A stretch of 64,000 nt of DNA, taken from the NCBI GenBank assembly GCA_018238155.1, contig JABCTZ010000026.1:148269-212268 (forward strand), read 5' to 3'. Numbering within the stretch: position 1 is the stretch's first letter; each line of letters starts with the position of its first letter. Made by a program: the position numbers and the translations under genes. This DNA is from Candidatus Heimdallarchaeota archaeon (GTDB lineage Archaea; Asgardarchaeota; Heimdallarchaeia; JABLTI01). Of the stretch, positions 60,740 through 64,000 are shown in pieces. The notes beneath the pieces are model-generated. The model was not told the DNA's origin and did no database searches. It saw only the letters and a list, made by a program, of their open reading frames with translations.

Positions 60740-60878
60740 TCACTTTTTTCTAGGTATTTCTATGTGGATAAATATCAATTTCAATATTGCCATATTCTTG
60801 GCAATAAAAGTTAATTTAGCAGTATTTAAGGAAAAATGTCTGAGGTCATTTTGAGAATAAGCTGTATTAGATGAACAG

Positions 60879-61313
60879 GTGAACTCTTTGGCAAAAGATG
60901 AAATACCAAAACCAATTTTCGATTTGATAATTTCCCTAAACAAATCGTTTGACCTAGAGGAAACTTTGGTTAAAAATCCTGATGACATTCTATCACTTAA
61001 AGAGGAAACTCTAATTGATTATCTTAGAGAAATTTTCGATATGAATGGTATTGTCTACAAATCAGAATCAGGTGATTCAATTTTATCGCTGATAGAAGAG
61101 AATCTTTCTAAATTGGTTGTTTATCAGAGAGCTTTGGATAGATTCGAAATTAATTCATCAATCTATTTCGATGAAAACTCATCTAAAAAATATCAGCTAC
61201 TAATCATTGAGCAAATGAGTATTGATAGTTTCAGAAAGAATGTTGGTAGTGTGAAATTAGACAATGATAATTCAATTCTTCAATATTGGTTAAAATTAGA
61301 TTGGGAAGACTAA
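60879..61313 (+). CDS. Hypothetical protein
   Basis: 144-aa ORF, co-oriented with downstream genes. Confidence 0.55.
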   Translation: MNSLAKDEIPKPIFDLIISLNKSFDLEETLVKNPDDILSLKEETLIDYLREIFDMNGIVYKSESGDSILSLIEENLSKLVVYQRALDRFEINSSIYFDENSSKKYQLLIIEQMSIDSFRKNVGSVKLDNDNSILQYWLKLDWED

Positions 61314-61348
61314 AAAAGTTTTAAGTAAATGTTTTACTATTCATTATT

Positions 61349-61729
61349 ATGACTAAATTCATTGTTTCTGAAATAGAGTTAGTTGATAAGTTTAAGGAAT
61401 TAATGCAAGCAAGTGAAGATAGTTTTCTTATAGTTGCTCCCCAAAGTGATTCTGATATTTATGTGCAATTCACTTACAACTCAACGAAGCTATATTGTGA
61501 GGCTGTTTCAAATAAATTTTTACCCAAAAAAAAGCAGCTTACTGAAACAAAGATTGGATTGCTTAGACAATGGAACTTTTCCTTGAATGAAAATGAAAGC
61601 CAAAATTTTGAAGTAACTTTCAGTTCAAGCAACCTTCCAGATCTTGTAAATCAAATTATAAAGATATTTAACGATGTTTATGGAGTATTAAATACAAACA
61701 AGTTTGAAATTGAGCTCGAAAGTTTTTGA
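61349..61729 (+). CDS. TY-Chap/YbjN-like (T3SS chaperone fold) protein
   Basis: YVQF....LYCEAVSNKFL....L....IGLL..WNF...NF...DVYG pattern. Confidence 0.6.
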   Translation: MTKFIVSEIELVDKFKELMQASEDSFLIVAPQSDSDIYVQFTYNSTKLYCEAVSNKFLPKKKQLTETKIGLLRQWNFSLNENESQNFEVTFSSSNLPDLVNQIIKIFNDVYGVLNTNKFEIELESF

Positions 61730-61937
61730 GCAAAAGTTGATTACTAATAGTTCACTCATTAAAAAGTTCAAGATGAAAAATGAACTTGATAATAAAAAGC
61801 TCTTACCATTTTTCTTCTTTTTTTAGAAATAATTTTGACCCTTGGATTTTGTCGGTTTACAAAGGTTAATAAGAAATGTCTAACCTCACTGAGATATTGA
61901 ATATCTATATAATATTTATTATGAACGGTGTAAAAAA

Positions 61938-62204
61938 ATGGCTCTACCAGAAACAACTGATACACACTGGATGGAAGTAGTTACAGGAAAACATCAATTT
62001 AATGTTGAATTTTTTCCATTAAAATTACTACTTGCAAGACAACGTTTACAATTACAAATTTCCCAAGAACCTGAAACCGTTGATAATTGTGTTAATGAGT
62101 TGAGGCAACTTTTTATGAAGAACCTTAATCACCCTATCGCACGAAAAGATCTAGTTAAGATATTTGGTCGACGTAAAGTGCGAAGAATGCTAAGGAGGAA
62201 ATGA
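61938..62204 (+). CDS. Small helical protein translationally coupled to FIST-like gene
   Basis: ATGA overlap with 62201; GGTG upstream. Confidence 0.7.
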   Translation: MALPETTDTHWMEVVTGKHQFNVEFFPLKLLLARQRLQLQISQEPETVDNCVNELRQLFMKNLNHPIARKDLVKIFGRRKVRRMLRRK

Positions 62205-63217
62205 GCAAAATGTTACTAACATTCGAAGAAGTAGTCAAACTAATCTCTCAAAATAAACCTTTAGCACTTGCTGGAGATGAAGAAACTCTAAAACAATTAC
62301 CAAACGGAAACTGGATTGCAGGAACAATACCTTACTTCATGTCTGAAGAAGGTGGAATAACTACTCGAGATAGAATATTCGTTAATCAGCTCCCTGATTA
62401 TATCAAAGAAGTTAAAATTGTTAATTATAATTTGGATACCATCTCGAACGTTTTTTCAGATGCACCTGCAAATGGATTTAGTTTAATTATAATTCCAGCA
62501 TCAAGTGATATCCACTTATCATTTGCACTTAATGCTCCAATGTTCCCAGATTTTGCTACTCGACCTTTAATTGGTTGGATTTCTGGCGTTCATTTAGACG
62601 ACTTAGGATCGATTTCCGCAAAAGTTGTTAATGGTGAAATTGGAGAAGTTTCTGAAGAACAAGTAGTTGTTATGCACATCACACTATCAGAAAACAAATT
62701 TGCTGATATTGGCATAGTTAATATTTTCTCTCAGGGTAAAGGCGATACGATCGAATTTCTTGAAGATAGCTTCATACAAACTGATGCACTCATAAACGGT
62801 GAAAAAAGGAATCTTGCAGAATATATTGCTGAAAACAAAATAGACATTAAACTTCCTTTAGTAGCTGATTATCTTGGTGCAATGATCAATGTAAGCTTTC
62901 AAAAAGTAGACGAGGAAGAAAAGAAAGTTCATTTTTATGCTCCTTTATTCAAGGGTCAGAAATATCGTCAAGCTGAAGATCTTGGAGATTATGTTTCAGC
63001 ATTTACAAAACAAATGCCAAAAGAAGCAAAAGATATTGTGTTCTCATGCAATTGTATCTTAAATTATCTCTATTCAGAGCTTGAAGGTAAAAAAACTGGT
63101 GATATAATTGGTCCCATCACTTTTGGTGAAATAGCCTATCAATTATTGAATCAAACATTAGCTTATCTGACGGTTCAAAACATCATCGAAGATGACGATG
63201 ATGATGAAGAAGATTAG
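62201..63217 (+). CDS. FIST-like protein (DUF6976 type)
   Basis: GNWIAGTIPYFM, GWISGVHL, FSCNCILNYLY, GPITFGEIAYQLLNQT (FIST_C-like ending); AGGAGG RBS. Confidence 0.75.
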   Translation: MSKMLLTFEEVVKLISQNKPLALAGDEETLKQLPNGNWIAGTIPYFMSEEGGITTRDRIFVNQLPDYIKEVKIVNYNLDTISNVFSDAPANGFSLIIIPASSDIHLSFALNAPMFPDFATRPLIGWISGVHLDDLGSISAKVVNGEIGEVSEEQVVVMHITLSENKFADIGIVNIFSQGKGDTIEFLEDSFIQTDALINGEKRNLAEYIAENKIDIKLPLVADYLGAMINVSFQKVDEEEKKVHFYAPLFKGQKYRQAEDLGDYVSAFTKQMPKEAKDIVFSCNCILNYLYSELEGKKTGDIIGPITFGEIAYQLLNQTLAYLTVQNIIEDDDDDEED

Positions 63218-63218
63218 C

Positions 63219-63260
63219 TAAAAAAAGAAAGAATAATTCTTTTTTTTCTTATTTTTTTAA
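63219..63260. terminator. Bidirectional A/T-tract terminator between convergent genes
   Basis: A-rich run followed by T-rich run between the stops at 63217 and 63261. Confidence 0.45.
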
Positions 63261-63890
63261 TTATATCAAAATTTCTTGAAATTTCTGCATCAGTTCGACG
63301 GACAAAGTATCCGATTCTGTGAACATTGAGATGATTGGCAAAGTTGTTTGTAGTAAAACCTTACGTTTATTTTTAGGAAGTTGTTTAAAGAAATCTATTA
63401 TAACTTCTACCGTTAATTCTTCGGTATATTGATCTTCTTCAGCCCTTTTTAATAAATTTAGAAATTCTTCATGTTCCGGGATTATTTGCAATGTCTTTGT
63501 ACCAAAGATTTTATCCAAAGTATCTGTGAATGGTATAAACTCATCTGCAATGCAAATTGTTTGGTTTTTTAAGTATTCACTATATTCAGCCTCAAAAGCT
63601 TCACCAACTTCAACTAATTTCTGATGAACAAATTCTTTACTTGAATCTTTTTTTGCTGCAATTGCTACAAGGAATTTTCCATTCATAAATGATAAAATAT
63701 GGACAAATAGCTTTCCCATTTGGAGGAATTCAAACTGATCATCGAATACACTATCTGAAAAGGTCAACAAGGCACTAATAAAACCGGAGAACATTGTTCT
63801 ATCACTTAGGTTTGAATTTGGGTCTAATACTTGTTGTACAAGACTTAAACCATTTGAATCAATAATCCAGATAGTATCTAAATCACTCAT
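63261..63890 (-). CDS. Longin-domain protein
   Basis: IWIIDSNGLSLV...MFSGFISALLTFSDSV...VGEAFEAEY...EFIPF; short helical C-terminus. Confidence 0.75.
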   Translation of the reverse strand: MSDLDTIWIIDSNGLSLVQQVLDPNSNLSDRTMFSGFISALLTFSDSVFDDQFEFLQMGKLFVHILSFMNGKFLVAIAAKKDSSKEFVHQKLVEVGEAFEAEYSEYLKNQTICIADEFIPFTDTLDKIFGTKTLQIIPEHEEFLNLLKRAEEDQYTEELTVEVIIDFFKQLPKNKRKVLLQTTLPIISMFTESDTLSVELMQKFQEILI

Positions 63891-64000
63891 AACCTCAGCT
63901 CAACCTCTAATTCATTAATTTTTATGAATTGATAATGTATATATTATTTATTATATAGTCACATAATAGTAAATCAAACCAAAATAGATAATACAAAAGC

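Noticed and set aside
546-61965. Numerous short antisense or overlapping ORFs in the track (e.g. 761-1108, 11963-12409, 35074-35553, 54830-55204, 51441-51686)
   Set aside because: Shadows of well-supported genes on the other strand or frame, or low-complexity AT-rich frames with no motifs

Overview
AT-rich, gene-dense archaeal chromosome segment, most likely from an Asgard archaeon (Heimdallarchaeia-like; inferred). The archaeal markers are the aIF-1A/RIO1/Dim2 cluster and AdkA. The eukaryote-signature-like proteins are two longin domains, a degenerate Rab-like GTPase and a giant SNAP/TPR solenoid. Housekeeping content includes ino1, ABC and MFS transporters, an oxidative-stress cluster (PDO-fprA-dfx-rbr), PfkB and GHMP kinases, PatB, methyl- and acetyltransferases and a secreted subtilase. 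Most notable: (1) a gene pair encoding a beta-propeller/Zn-ribbon/longin/winged-helix fusion and a 2306-aa alpha-SNAP-like solenoid, resembling a coat/tether or GTPase-regulator scaffold; (2) a pseudo-Rab GTPase upstream of a coiled-coil protein; (3) a TIR plus RipA-like membrane protein pair, a candidate antiviral system; (4) a CPBP protease beside surface proteins sharing a C-terminal anchor, a candidate sorting system; (5) a duplicated beta-helix/membrane cassette bounded by 37-bp direct repeats; (6) an eIF1A-like N-terminal tail on aIF-1A and an AT-hook/bZIP-like protein. No CRISPR array, rRNA, tRNA, transposase or integrase was recognised. All family assignments come from motif recognition by eye, not database searches.
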